From contig CAXGSM010000012.1 of NCBI GenBank assembly GCA_964012435.1, positions 1-46,510 of the forward strand: a DNA stretch of 46,510 bases. The letters run 5' to 3'. Within the stretch, counting starts at the first letter, position 1; every line of letters starts with the position of its first letter. Position numbers and translations under genes: made by a program. Below, one piece after another: positions 1-9,710 of the stretch. The notes below the pieces were generated by a model. That model ran no database searches, was not told the DNA's origin, and saw nothing but the letters and a program-made list of their open reading frames with translations. This DNA is from an uncultured bacterium. GTDB taxonomy: Bacteria > UBP7 > UBA6624.

Positions 1-2
1 AC

Positions 3-542
3 CATGCAATAAACAAGGATGTCTTTGATCTAGCGAAAGGAAAACCTGGGAACATTGTCCGAGTAGAAGACCTGAATGAAAGAAACAGGTCAGAGTTGGA
101 AAAAATAAAATTTTCAAAAAATAAATTCGAATTCGATCCTGAATCCTTTGAAGGCAATCACCTGATGAAAACTGTTGCATTGAACATGTTCCTTGAAAGC
201 AATGACTATGCATGCATGATTACGGGGATACGTTGGGATGAGCAGGATGCAAGAAAGGATGAAACTGCCTTTAGCCCAAGAAAAGATCCTGACCATATAA
301 GAATTCATCCAATACTCCATTTTGATGAAAGGGATGTATGGGAAGCCCATTTCAAAATGGGAGTGCCTTACTGTAACCTGTATGAAAAAGGCTACAGGAG
401 TTTAGGTGCTGCAGGAACAACAACAAAAACATCCGATTTGCCTGCATGGAAGCAAGACCTTGAATCAACCACTGAGAGGTCCGGAAGAAAACAAGACAAA
501 GAAAACCTGATGGAAAAGCTCAGAGACTTGGGCTACATGTAG
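3..542 (+). CDS. PAPS reductase family protein / sulfate adenylyltransferase subunit 2 (CysD-like), 5'-truncated by window edge
   Basis: Frame open from position 3 to the stop at 542; motifs ITGIRWDE, RIHPILHFDERDVW, GYRSLG and C-terminal MEKLRDLGYM. Confidence 0.8.
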   Translation, partial: HAINKDVFDLAKGKPGNIVRVEDLNERNRSELEKIKFSKNKFEFDPESFEGNHLMKTVALNMFLESNDYACMITGIRWDEQDARKDETAFSPRKDPDHIRIHPILHFDERDVWEAHFKMGVPYCNLYEKGYRSLGAAGTTTKTSDLPAWKQDLESTTERSGRKQDKENLMEKLRDLGYM

Positions 543-554
543 ACTATTTTGCAT

Positions 555-3149
555 TTAGTTCTTTAAATTTTCACTAATCCAGTCTGACCTTTTGATCAGC
601 TCATCTCTTTCTTTTTGAGCCTCTTTTAGCCTATCCCTAATCAACTGGACCTTATCCTTTGGGGCATTGCTTATGAATCCTTTATTTTGAAGCTGGCCTT
701 CCAATCTTTTTATCCTTGGCCCTGCATCTTCAGCATTTCTTTTCAGCTCATCAACCCTTTCAGAAAGCACAGAAGAGTCAATGTTGGGAATCATCACCTT
801 CCCTATTGCCATCTCAATCGGAAAACCATTTTGAGTGCCTGACTTCTTCAGTCTCAAAATATTCAAAAAGGCATCCTCTTGGCCCTGATTCCATGAGCCA
901 TCAACAACAACCTCTTTAATCTCCTCTATGCTTAAGCCGAGAATGGAAATTGATTTTCTGTAACTCTTGACACTGTCGTAAATATCCTGAAAGTCTTCAG
1001 ATTCCTTCATGTCGATTCCTTCCAATTCAGATGGCCATGATTCTGTTGCAACCAAAGATTCATCATTGTTGATCAAAAGGTTTATGTCTTCGCAAATGAA
1101 TGGAACAAATGGGGATGAAATGACCAAGAATTTTTCCATGATTGCTTTTGCATTGGATGCAACCTGCAAGTCACCATTATTGGATCTTGATTTCGCTATC
1201 TCCAGGTACCAATCGCAGAATTCATTCCAGAAAAAATGGTGTATGGACTGCATGGCTTTCCTCACATCCTTTCCTTCCAAGCTCTTGTCCACAGAAGCAA
1301 CTGTCTCGTTGAATTTTTGAGCTACCCAATGATCACTTCTGTCAGAAAAAACAAAATCGCTGTTTTTTGGCTCCAGTGAATTTATGTAATTTGCTGCATT
1401 CCAGATCTTGTTCATAAACCTTTGGCCAGAAACCAGCTGATCGTTACCGAATGGAATGACTTCCGCCGGAACCATGTTGAACAAAAGAGCAAACCTCAAA
1501 CTGTCTGCACCATATTCATCCATTGCCTCAAGCGGATCTATCGTATTCCCTTTGGACTTGCTCATTTTCCTTCCCTTCTTGTCACAAACAAGACCATGGA
1601 TGAGAACCTCTTTAAAAGGTGTTTTATCCTCAAAGGCCAAGCTCATCAAAACCATCTTAAGAACCCAAAAGAATATGATGTCATAACCTGTAACCAACAA
1701 AGATGTTGGGAAAAAACCATTCTCTTTGGGGTCTTCTTCCGGCCATCCAAAACATTCAAGTGGCCATAGGGCACTGCTGAACCATGTGTCCAAAACATCC
1801 TCATCTTGAATAAATTGCTTTGAATCATGATTTTTAGACAAACATTCTTCTTCTATATTTTCAGAAACTATAGGGTCTTTTGACTTGTCACCTTTGGGAT
1901 ACCATGCAGGGATCTGATGGCCCCACCATAATTGCCTTGATATGCACCAGTTTTCAACCTTTGACCACCAATCACCATAAACCCCACCCCATCTTTCAGG
2001 ATAGAAACTTGGAGATCCGTCTTTCAACAATTCAAGAGCCCTACCCTTAAAAACCTTCATGTTCAGAAACCATTGTTCAGAAAGCATTGGCTCAATAACT
2101 GAACCAGACCTTTGAGAAATCCCAATAGCAGATTTATGCTTTTTTGCATCAACTAAAGAACCAGAATTCTCGAGCATCTCAACAGCCTTTCTTCTTGCTG
2201 CAGCAACATTCAAGCCATGTAATTCATTGGGAACCCTTTCATGGCTAGACAATTTCCCGTCTTTGCCTAATATAGTGACTATTGGCAAGTCATGCCTTTC
2301 GCCTATTTCAAAATCCAAATGATCATGAGCGGGGGTTACCTTCAAGGCACCTTCTCCGAAATCCATATCCACTGAATCATCGGCAACAATGGGTATCTCA
2401 ACATCTATAAGAGGAATAAAAGCACTGACTCCGTTATTCAAATAAGATTTAAACCTTTCATCATTTGGATTAACGGCTATTGCGGAATCGGCAAAAATAG
2501 TTTCTGGTCTTGTGGTTGCTATCTTGATCGACTTTCCATCATTGGTTTTGTATTCAAGTGTCCATATGAAACCATTTCTGTCTTCACGGTCAACTTCAAT
2601 ATCAGAAACCGCTGTCTGAAGTTGGCAATCCCAATTTACCAATCTGTTACCTTTAAAAATGACATCCTTTTTGTACAGTTCCACAAATGCCTTCTTGACA
2701 GCCTTGTTGCACTGTTCATCCATTGTGAATCTTTCACCAGGCCAATAAGGTGTAATGCCTAATCTTTTGAATTGCTGAAAAATAACATCCCTGCATTCAT
2801 CTTTCCATTCCCATGCTCGCTTAAGGAAGGCTTCTTTACCCAATTCGATTTTTGAAGATCCTTCTGATTCAAGCTTTTTCTCTAAGACTGCCTGAGTGGC
2901 TATGCCCGCATGATCACTTCCTGGTATCCATCTAGTAGAGCAGCCTTTTAACCTTGCCCATCTGGTAAAAACATCCTGTAAGGTGTAGCTTAATGAATGT
3001 CCAATATGTAAAGATCCTGTTACATTCGGAGGAGGAATAACGATTGAAAAAGGTTTGCCTTTAGATTTTGAATCGTGAATGGGAATGTCCTTTTCCCATT
3101 GGCTAACCCATCTCTCCTCGTTTTGTGAAGGATTGTAAAAATTAGACAT
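555..3149 (-). CDS. valS: Valine--tRNA ligase
   Basis: PPPNVTGSLHIGH, DHAGIATQ, ATTRPET, WCISRQLWWGH, DVLDTWFSS, KMSKS, C-terminal coiled coil. Confidence 0.98.
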   Translation of the reverse strand: MSNFYNPSQNEERWVSQWEKDIPIHDSKSKGKPFSIVIPPPNVTGSLHIGHSLSYTLQDVFTRWARLKGCSTRWIPGSDHAGIATQAVLEKKLESEGSSKIELGKEAFLKRAWEWKDECRDVIFQQFKRLGITPYWPGERFTMDEQCNKAVKKAFVELYKKDVIFKGNRLVNWDCQLQTAVSDIEVDREDRNGFIWTLEYKTNDGKSIKIATTRPETIFADSAIAVNPNDERFKSYLNNGVSAFIPLIDVEIPIVADDSVDMDFGEGALKVTPAHDHLDFEIGERHDLPIVTILGKDGKLSSHERVPNELHGLNVAAARRKAVEMLENSGSLVDAKKHKSAIGISQRSGSVIEPMLSEQWFLNMKVFKGRALELLKDGSPSFYPERWGGVYGDWWSKVENWCISRQLWWGHQIPAWYPKGDKSKDPIVSENIEEECLSKNHDSKQFIQDEDVLDTWFSSALWPLECFGWPEEDPKENGFFPTSLLVTGYDIIFFWVLKMVLMSLAFEDKTPFKEVLIHGLVCDKKGRKMSKSKGNTIDPLEAMDEYGADSLRFALLFNMVPAEVIPFGNDQLVSGQRFMNKIWNAANYINSLEPKNSDFVFSDRSDHWVAQKFNETVASVDKSLEGKDVRKAMQSIHHFFWNEFCDWYLEIAKSRSNNGDLQVASNAKAIMEKFLVISSPFVPFICEDINLLINNDESLVATESWPSELEGIDMKESEDFQDIYDSVKSYRKSISILGLSIEEIKEVVVDGSWNQGQEDAFLNILRLKKSGTQNGFPIEMAIGKVMIPNIDSSVLSERVDELKRNAEDAGPRIKRLEGQLQNKGFISNAPKDKVQLIRDRLKEAQKERDELIKRSDWISENLKN

Positions 3150-3157
3150 TATTTGAA

Positions 3158-3733
3158 CTATTTCAAGACTGTATCAATAAGCCCGTATTTTTTGGCATCA
3201 TCGGCACCCATCCAAAAATTCCTATCTGTATCTTTTGCCACCTGTGTAATTTTTTTACCAGTATTTTTTGACAAAATCAAATTGAGCTGTTCTTTGATTC
3301 TCTTGATTTCAGCTGCTTCAATTTCTATGTCTGAAGCCTGACCGCTAACACCACCCAAAGGTTGGTGGATCATTATCTTGGCATGTGGCAATGCAGCTCT
3401 TTTTCCCTTTTCTCCGCAAGACAACAAAAGAGCGCCCATAGATGCAGCTAAACCAACAGCAATTGTTTGAACTTTTGGCTTAACTATATTCATAGTATCC
3501 ATTATGGCCAAACCAGCGGAAACTTCCCCTCCAGGGGAATTTATATAAAGTCTAATATCCTTGGTTGGGTCTTTTTTTTCCAAGTAAAGCATCTGAGCAA
3601 CAACTAAATTTGCCATATGCGTTTCAATTGGACCGTGAATAAAAATAATGTGCTGTCTTAATAATTGGGAATAAATATCAAAAGCTCTCTCGCCTCTATT
3701 TGTTTGCTCTACAACCATAGGTATCAAATTCAT
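3158..3733 (-). CDS. clpP: ATP-dependent Clp protease proteolytic subunit (Ser98-His123-Asn172)
   Basis: [31 protein letters not shown]; follows tig with ATGA overlap. Confidence 0.97.
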   Translation of the reverse strand: MNLIPMVVEQTNRGERAFDIYSQLLRQHIIFIHGPIETHMANLVVAQMLYLEKKDPTKDIRLYINSPGGEVSAGLAIMDTMNIVKPKVQTIAVGLAASMGALLLSCGEKGKRAALPHAKIMIHQPLGGVSGQASDIEIEAAEIKRIKEQLNLILSKNTGKKITQVAKDTDRNFWMGADDAKKYGLIDTVLK

Positions 3734-5004
3734 TTCTTACTCTCCTGCCTGTCCCAAAATTCCTTAATTATGGAATTTCTAACCTTGGCCCTTCTTATAT
3801 TTCTTGCAATGATCGGAAGGTTGCCATTTCTTTTTGACTCTTGAATAATCTTCTTAACCGGTCTTCTTACCTGTGATGCGATATCCCTGAAAAAGTATTC
3901 AATCTCATGATTCAAAACCTGGATTCCTTTCTTGTCGCCTATGGCGTCAACAACGATTCCCAATTTTATATTTTCGAGAATACCCTTTTCACTTTCCTTC
4001 CACCAGTCTTCAATTTCGGTCTTCTTGTTTTCGTCAGTATTGTTTTTCACATAATTATTCCATTCAAGCTCTTTCTCTTCATCAATCAAAACCTGAGGAA
4101 CAGAAAAATCTTTAACTTTCTTCATGAGAATTTGAGGTAATTTTTCATTGGCTTCAGCGAATGCTTTGTCTTCATTTTGAATCATCAGATTGCTCTTGAT
4201 TCTGGCTTTGAATTCATCTTCATCCTTGATTCCATATTTTGCACAAAGATCAGAAATAACAGGTATCGTTTCTCTTTTGACAGATGTAATTTTTACTTTA
4301 GCATTAACCATCTTGCCACCTAAATCAGGATTTGAATAAGCTTTAGAAAATTTGCTTTTGAAAGACAGTTCGTCATTTTGATTTTTTCCTATCAATTTAT
4401 CCATAAATGATTTAGAAGGCAATGTTTTAGCGTTGATCTCAAATGCCCTTTCAACCTTCTCTTCAATTTCACCTGAGGAGAAGGTTCCTTCCATTCTGAC
4501 GTAATCTCCCTCCTGAATTTTTTCAGCAGGTAAAAACTGGGATTCAGCACTGACAATTTTGCTTAATTCGGAATCGACAGCAGAATCAGTTGCTTCATCT
4601 GGTTTAGAAAATTTGTAATTGAACTTATCAACAAAATCAACATTAATTTCAGGAAGAACCTCTATTTCAACAAAAATATCAACACCTGTTTTTGTTTTCT
4701 TGTTTTTAATTGACTGCAGTGCTATGGCATGCAAATTGTTTTTCTCAATAGTTGATTCTGCAGAATTTTTCCAAACCGTTTGAACCGCCTCTTCAAACAA
4801 GGAGTCTTCATCAATGTATTTTTTGAGCATGCTGTCTGGAATCTTTCCGGCCCTAAATCCAGGAACCTTGATTTGTCTTTTGTATCGCTTATACAAACCT
4901 TTTTCAATGTTTGAAAAATCCTCATTCGTAATCTTGAATGTAACCAAAGCCTTATCTGGCTTGGTTCTCTTAACAGAGCTAGGAACAAAAGTAATATTCT
5001 TCAT
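3730..5004 (-). CDS. tig: Trigger factor
   Basis: Ribosome-binding signature [10 protein letters not shown], 424 aa, tRNA-tig-clpP context; FKBP domain divergent. Confidence 0.9.
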   Translation of the reverse strand: MKNITFVPSSVKRTKPDKALVTFKITNEDFSNIEKGLYKRYKRQIKVPGFRAGKIPDSMLKKYIDEDSLFEEAVQTVWKNSAESTIEKNNLHAIALQSIKNKKTKTGVDIFVEIEVLPEINVDFVDKFNYKFSKPDEATDSAVDSELSKIVSAESQFLPAEKIQEGDYVRMEGTFSSGEIEEKVERAFEINAKTLPSKSFMDKLIGKNQNDELSFKSKFSKAYSNPDLGGKMVNAKVKITSVKRETIPVISDLCAKYGIKDEDEFKARIKSNLMIQNEDKAFAEANEKLPQILMKKVKDFSVPQVLIDEEKELEWNNYVKNNTDENKKTEIEDWWKESEKGILENIKLGIVVDAIGDKKGIQVLNHEIEYFFRDIASQVRRPVKKIIQESKRNGNLPIIARNIRRAKVRNSIIKEFWDRQESKK

Positions 5005-5016
5005 AAGTCAAGGCCT

Positions 5017-5088
5017 AGCGGAAGAAGGGATTCGAACCCTCGACCCTCACGTTGGCAACGTGATGCTCTACCACTGAGCTACTTCCGC
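5017..5088 (-). tRNA. tRNA-Gly(GCC), CCA not encoded
   Basis: Reverse complement GCGGAAGTAGCTCAGTGGTAGAGCA-TCACG-TTGCCAA-CGTGA-GGGTCGAGGGTTCGAATCCCTTCTTCCGCT forms a cloverleaf. Confidence 0.97.
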
Positions 5089-5094
5089 AAGCCG

Positions 5095-5166
5095 TGAGCC
5101 GAGAGGGATTTGAACCCCCGACCAACGGGTTAAGAGCCCGCTGCTCTACCACTGAGCTACCGGCCC
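5095..5166 (-). tRNA. tRNA-Lys(CTT), CCA not encoded
   Basis: Reverse complement GGGCCGGTAGCTCAGTGGTAGAGCA-GCGGG-CTCTTAA-CCCGT-TGGTCGGGGGTTCAAATCCCTCTCGGCTCA. Confidence 0.97.
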
Positions 5167-5211
5167 ATAAGTCACTAATTTAAATTCTATAACCATAATT
5201 CAATTATGCTA

Positions 5212-5284
5212 CACGCCCGGCAGGATTCGAACCTGCAACCTTCGGGTTCGAAGCCCGACGCTCTGCCAGTTGAGCTACAGGCGC
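5212..5284 (-). tRNA. tRNA-Arg(TCG), CCA not encoded
   Basis: Reverse complement GCGCCTGTAGCTCAACTGGCAGAGCG-TCGGG-CTTCGAA-CCCGA-AGGTTGCAGGTTCGAATCCTGCCGGGCGTG. Confidence 0.95.
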
Positions 5285-5285
5285 T

Positions 5286-5361
5286 TGGGGCGAGTGACGG
5301 GATTTGAACCCGCGACCTAAGGGACCACAACCCTTCGCTCTCCCCCTGAGCTACACCCGCC
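5286..5361 (-). tRNA. tRNA-His(GTG), with encoded G-1, C73 and CCA
   Basis: Reverse complement G-GCGGGTGTAGCTCAGGGGGAGAGCG-AAGGG-TTGTGGT-CCCTT-AGGTCGCGGGTTCAAATCCCGTCACTCGC-C-CCA. Confidence 0.96.
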
Positions 5362-5380
5362 GTAGACGTACTGACTTACT

Positions 5381-5409
5381 ATTCTAAACTTCTTTCAATA
5401 TAGAATCAA
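5381..5409 (-). promoter_or_regulatory. Putative sigma70 promoter of the tRNA-tig-clpP-valS unit
   Basis: Minus strand TTGATT-N17-TAGAAT, ending about 20 nt upstream of tRNA-His. Confidence 0.65.
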
Positions 5410-5437
5410 TCCATATCAAGCCAAAAGGAGTTTAAGT

Positions 5438-7312
5438 ATGAAGATAAAAAAAATACTTTCCATAATTTTATTAATCACAATAACAGGATGTTCATTGTTC
5501 ACATCAGGCAAGGATTCTTACGAAAGACAAGTTGCATTAAGTGAAGATCTGCAAAAGGAAAATGAACATAATCATGTTGCTGGAGAACACCCACTTGAAA
5601 ATATTGAAATTACATCTGAAGATTTTGAATGGTTGGTTTATGAGCTTTCAGGAGATAAATACCTTGGAAGGGGAATAGGCCAAGAAGGTGGCGTTGAATC
5701 CTCAAAACAGATGTTGGAATGGTTTGAATACTTTCATTTAACAGAATCATGGTTAGAAGAATTTGAAGTCCTGCTTGGAACAAAAAACATTGAATCAGAA
5801 CTTAGGTATGATTCAACATCCTTTGAAAAAGAAGTTGACTTTTCTCCTATCAACTACACAGCTGATGGTGATATTGAAGGCAAAGCATGGTTTTTGGGTT
5901 ATGGGATTGCTGAAAATGAATCTGACTGGAATGATTGGATAGATGCTGAAGGAAATAAACTAGACCTTGAAGGCGGAATTGCAGTGATGATATTGGGCTT
6001 GCCTGATGTTGAGGAGGATCATCCATTAAACCTTAGAGAGAACAGAAGACTTGGAATGCTGAGATACAAAACCCAGGTTGCAAAAGAACATGGAGCGTCA
6101 GCAGCTCTTTTCGTATACCTTGGATCAGACAATCCGGGAGGCTTGATTAATGTTGGTGGAACCATAAGATGGGGAACCTCTGCGCTACCTGCAGGTCTGG
6201 TAACATCAGAAACCTACGCAGAAATATTTGATGATGCAGTTGCTGACTGGGGAAAAAACATAAAACCAAAAAAATCACCCAGCAAAAATACACTATCATT
6301 TTCAACCAAGGTGGAACTTAACTACATCACCGCTTTCAATGTCATAGGTTACCTAGACAGCGGCAAAGACAAAACCTTTGTAATCGGTGGACACAAAGAT
6401 CACATGGGAATAAATGAATCTGGAGAGGTTTACTGGGGAGCTGATGATAATGCAAGCGGAACAGCGGGGGTCTTGGAATTAGCAAATTATTATTCTCACA
6501 TGCCAGCAGAAGACAGGCCTGGAAATTTTTACTTCATGCTCTTTGATGCAGAAGAATCGGGACTTTTGGGCAGTAGATATTTCACCAATAACAATCCTGA
6601 GATCATGGAAGAGCTGGATTTCATGCTGAATCTTGATATGGTTGGCAGATATTCCGATAATGAAAAAATACTCATGGGTGGAATAAATAGCTCTGAAATT
6701 TTTGAGACTGATGAATTCTGGTCTGCACTTGTGGATTTAAATCAAAATTTGAATTTTGAAAAATCAACCTTTGGCGATGGTAGATCTGATCATGCACCTT
6801 TTATAGACAAAGGGGTCCCGGCAATGTTTATTTTTACTGGGATTCATGATGACTATCACACGCCAGCTGACACACCTGATAAGGTTGATTATGCGGGTTT
6901 GGAAGAGATTGGTAAATTTTCAATATCATTAATCGATCTGATTGCAAGAACAATGGGTACAGATACTTCCCAAGAGGAAGGGGTTATGCCTTATGTTGAA
7001 GAAGAAAAAGAAGAAGAGAATATGCCTGAATCTGGATGGAGATCGTGGTTTGGATCAATACCTGATTATGCAGATAGTGATGATTCAGGATATCTAATTA
7101 GTGGAATCACAAAAGAATCTCCAGCTGAAAAAGCTGGACTCCAAGCAAAAGACAGGATCATTAAGATAAACTCAACTGAAATAAAAAATCTAGAAGATTT
7201 CATGTATGCTCTTAACAAATACAAGCCAGGTGAAACAATTAAAGTCAAATTCATTAGAGAAAATGAAGAATATGAAGTCGATTTAACGTTAGAGAACCGT
7301 CAGGACAGATAA
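5438..7312 (+). CDS. M28 family metallopeptidase lipoprotein with PA and C-terminal PDZ domains
   Basis: SD AAGGAG; lipobox ITGC; GHKDHMG, GADDNASG, AEESGLLGS, NLDMVG, SDH, DYHTPAD; PDZ SPAEKAGLQAKD. Confidence 0.92.
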   Translation: MKIKKILSIILLITITGCSLFTSGKDSYERQVALSEDLQKENEHNHVAGEHPLENIEITSEDFEWLVYELSGDKYLGRGIGQEGGVESSKQMLEWFEYFHLTESWLEEFEVLLGTKNIESELRYDSTSFEKEVDFSPINYTADGDIEGKAWFLGYGIAENESDWNDWIDAEGNKLDLEGGIAVMILGLPDVEEDHPLNLRENRRLGMLRYKTQVAKEHGASAALFVYLGSDNPGGLINVGGTIRWGTSALPAGLVTSETYAEIFDDAVADWGKNIKPKKSPSKNTLSFSTKVELNYITAFNVIGYLDSGKDKTFVIGGHKDHMGINESGEVYWGADDNASGTAGVLELANYYSHMPAEDRPGNFYFMLFDAEESGLLGSRYFTNNNPEIMEELDFMLNLDMVGRYSDNEKILMGGINSSEIFETDEFWSALVDLNQNLNFEKSTFGDGRSDHAPFIDKGVPAMFIFTGIHDDYHTPADTPDKVDYAGLEEIGKFSISLIDLIARTMGTDTSQEEGVMPYVEEEKEEENMPESGWRSWFGSIPDYADSDDSGYLISGITKESPAEKAGLQAKDRIIKINSTEIKNLEDFMYALNKYKPGETIKVKFIRENEEYEVDLTLENRQDR

Positions 7313-7323
7313 AATTAAGAAAG

Positions 7324-8133
7324 ATGGGAATTCTTGAAGGCAAAAAGGGACTGATCGTTGGTATAGCCAATAAGCATTCAATAGCTTGGGGTATTGCAAA
7401 AGCATGTGTCAAGCAAGGTGCCGAATTAGCGTTTTCATACCTGGAGCCTTTTGAAAGCAGGGTTAGAAAACTCGCTGAAGAACTTGGTTCGGATCAGGTT
7501 TTTGAGCTTGATGTCACAAATGATGACCATCTAAAAAACGCTCCCGAAGAGATAGAAAAAAGATTCGGAAAAATAGATTTCTTGGTGCATGCTGTTGCTA
7601 TGGCGAAAAAAGAGGAACTTGCTGGAAGGTTTGTTGACACAACAAGGGATGGCTTCAAACTTGCACTTGATGTCAGTGCTTGGTCATTAATAGGATTAAC
7701 AAAAGCACTCATGCCAGTTATGGTCAATGACGCTTCAGTCTTGACAATCAGTTATCTTGGTGCAGAAAGAGTCATACCGAATTACAACGTGATGGGGGTG
7801 GCAAAAGCCGCACTTGAATCTTCTGTAAAATATCTTGCAAATGACCTTGGTCCAGAGGAAGGGATACGTGTCAATGCTATATCAAGTGGTCCCGTAAAAA
7901 CATTATCAGCTTCAGGCATTGGCGATTTTGGTCAAGTATTAAAGTGGCAAGAAAGTACATCTCCATTAAGAGGCAACCTTACCTTAGATCAATTGGGGCC
8001 AACAGCAACATTCCTGCTTTCCGATCTTTCTGCCGCAATCACTGGTGAAACTGTTCATGTTGATATGGGCTATCACATAATGGGTTCTGCAAGCTTGGGT
8101 GCAATCAAGAGACTAAAAGACTTGGAAAAATAA
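7324..8133 (+). CDS. fabI: Enoyl-ACP reductase
   Basis: GIANKHSIAWGIA, YNVMGVAKAALE, IRVNAISSGPVKTLSA. Confidence 0.96.
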   Translation: MGILEGKKGLIVGIANKHSIAWGIAKACVKQGAELAFSYLEPFESRVRKLAEELGSDQVFELDVTNDDHLKNAPEEIEKRFGKIDFLVHAVAMAKKEELAGRFVDTTRDGFKLALDVSAWSLIGLTKALMPVMVNDASVLTISYLGAERVIPNYNVMGVAKAALESSVKYLANDLGPEEGIRVNAISSGPVKTLSASGIGDFGQVLKWQESTSPLRGNLTLDQLGPTATFLLSDLSAAITGETVHVDMGYHIMGSASLGAIKRLKDLEK

Positions 8134-8137
8134 AATT

Positions 8138-8983
8138 TTAAGGTTTTATTAAATCCCAATCAGGCATCTCTTCAATCAAGCCCTTCTCAAAAGCCATTTT
8201 GAATAAAAGATTAACAGCAGAAACACCTTCGTTACCGAGACTGATTGTCTTGTTGTTGACATACATCTTGATGAAGCGATCATTCTTGTCTTCACTCAAG
8301 CCTCTTCCAAAATCCCTGGCGTAGTCATTCGTTTCCTGGCGGTTCTTTTCGCCCCACACTATACTATCCAAAAGAATCTTTGACATTTTCTTTGCAGTCC
8401 CAGGATCAATATCCTTGCTGATTGCATTTGTTCCCAATGGCAAAGGTAACCCTCCACTTTCTTCATGCCACAGTTCCCCATAATCAACAATCTTCTTAAA
8501 CCCTTCTTCCTCGTAGGTTATCTGTCCCTCGTGTATTAAGAGCCCTGCATCGACATCATTATTTTTCACAGAAGCCATGATTTCATCAAAAGGCACAAAC
8601 TCTTCAACAAAATTTGATGCAAATATCCTCATGATCAAAGTTGCAGTTGTATGTGGTCCTGGCAATGCAACCTTTGCTCCCTTTAAGTCAGGGAAAGAAA
8701 TATCTGAATCCTTATTTGCTATAAGAACCGGGCCATAACCAAGCCCCATAGAGGCTCCAGGATCCAAAACAGCATAACTCTTATATACCTTTGAAAGCAA
8801 ATGCCATGATATCGCTGTCATTTCAAGCTCACCATTCAAAGCCCTGTTATTCAAACTTTCAATATCCTCAACACACTCTTCAATATTCAAACCTAGATTG
8901 TCTATCTTGTTGTTGAGCATCGCATAAAACATAAAAGCATCATCAGGATCTGGAGAATGGCCAATACGAATTGTGTTAGACAT
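8138..8983 (-). CDS. mqnD: 1,4-dihydroxy-6-naphthoate synthase (futalosine menaquinone pathway)
   Basis: GHSPDPDDAFMF, DIESLN, GASMGLGYGP, IHEGQITY, LPLPLG, FIKMYVN. Confidence 0.93.
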   Translation of the reverse strand: MSNTIRIGHSPDPDDAFMFYAMLNNKIDNLGLNIEECVEDIESLNNRALNGELEMTAISWHLLSKVYKSYAVLDPGASMGLGYGPVLIANKDSDISFPDLKGAKVALPGPHTTATLIMRIFASNFVEEFVPFDEIMASVKNNDVDAGLLIHEGQITYEEEGFKKIVDYGELWHEESGGLPLPLGTNAISKDIDPGTAKKMSKILLDSIVWGEKNRQETNDYARDFGRGLSEDKNDRFIKMYVNNKTISLGNEGVSAVNLLFKMAFEKGLIEEMPDWDLIKP

Positions 8984-9020
8984 CGAAGTTCAATCCTACC
9001 CTTTTACAATCTATATTGCT

Positions 9021-9710
9021 GTGAAAAAAGAATTGCTTTGTATGTTTTTGGCATTAACAGGATTTATACCTGCAGGGGAGTATGGACCTGGTGGAATCCT
9101 TATGCCTGATATCAGTGAATCTGAAGGCCTTGCTGGAAGTCTCTCCACAGATGGTTCTTACCCAGATGGAACCATCAAAATGAATCTGAATTGGAATGAA
9201 GACCCTTTGACTTGGAATTGGTTTTGGGCAAAAGATTGGAAAGAAGATACTTTTGAAAAATATGGGTTTAGTTTCAGGTATGTTCCATTTGAAAACTTTT
9301 CAAAAATAAAAACTGCATTCTTTGTTACCCCATACTATTGGGAAACAACAAACGAAGGAAGCGCGTCTTCCCAGTTTGGAATCAATATGCAATATCTAAT
9401 TGAATCACAAGAGAACATGATGTTTTCATTTGGAACTTCTTATGGTCATGATACGGCTTTTGGAAGCGACAATACTGAAATGGAACCGATTTTTTCAATT
9501 GGAAAGAAATTTAACAAATCAAAAATAAGAGCAGAATTTAGAGGCGGTGGCGATAAATCATTGCCAAAAAAAACAGCATTTTCAATTGAGCATGACATGG
9601 GTAAAATTAATATTTGGCTAGCCTACATAACAACAACAAACCTAGACCAAACAATCGAAAATGGAATATCTGCAGGACTTAGCATGGATCTGCCATGGCC
9701 CATTAAGTAA
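9021..9710 (+). CDS. Hypothetical exported protein (possible beta-barrel)
   Basis: GTG start at 9021 gives signal peptide MKKELLCMFLALTGFIPA and removes overlap with mqnD; aromatic/Gly-rich; abuts mutY. Confidence 0.65.
   Translation: MKKELLCMFLALTGFIPAGEYGPGGILMPDISESEGLAGSLSTDGSYPDGTIKMNLNWNEDPLTWNWFWAKDWKEDTFEKYGFSFRYVPFENFSKIKTAFFVTPYYWETTNEGSASSQFGINMQYLIESQENMMFSFGTSYGHDTAFGSDNTEMEPIFSIGKKFNKSKIRAEFRGGGDKSLPKKTAFSIEHDMGKINIWLAYITTTNLDQTIENGISAGLSMDLPWPIK

Noticed and set aside
4814..5077. 87-aa plus-strand ORF
   Set aside because: Antisense to tig and tRNA-Gly.
5017..5361. Repeated CTGAGCTAC / TTCGAACC blocks resembling a repeat array; possible integration site
   Set aside because: These are conserved D and T arms of four tRNAs; no integrase or duplicated tRNA 3' end was seen.
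8973..9020. ORF-track extended starts here and for arginase, moeA, ccmC, ccmE, DUF2157 and the adenosyltransferase
   Set aside because: Most overlap neighbouring genes; downstream starts fit SD sites, ATGA coupling or signal peptides better.
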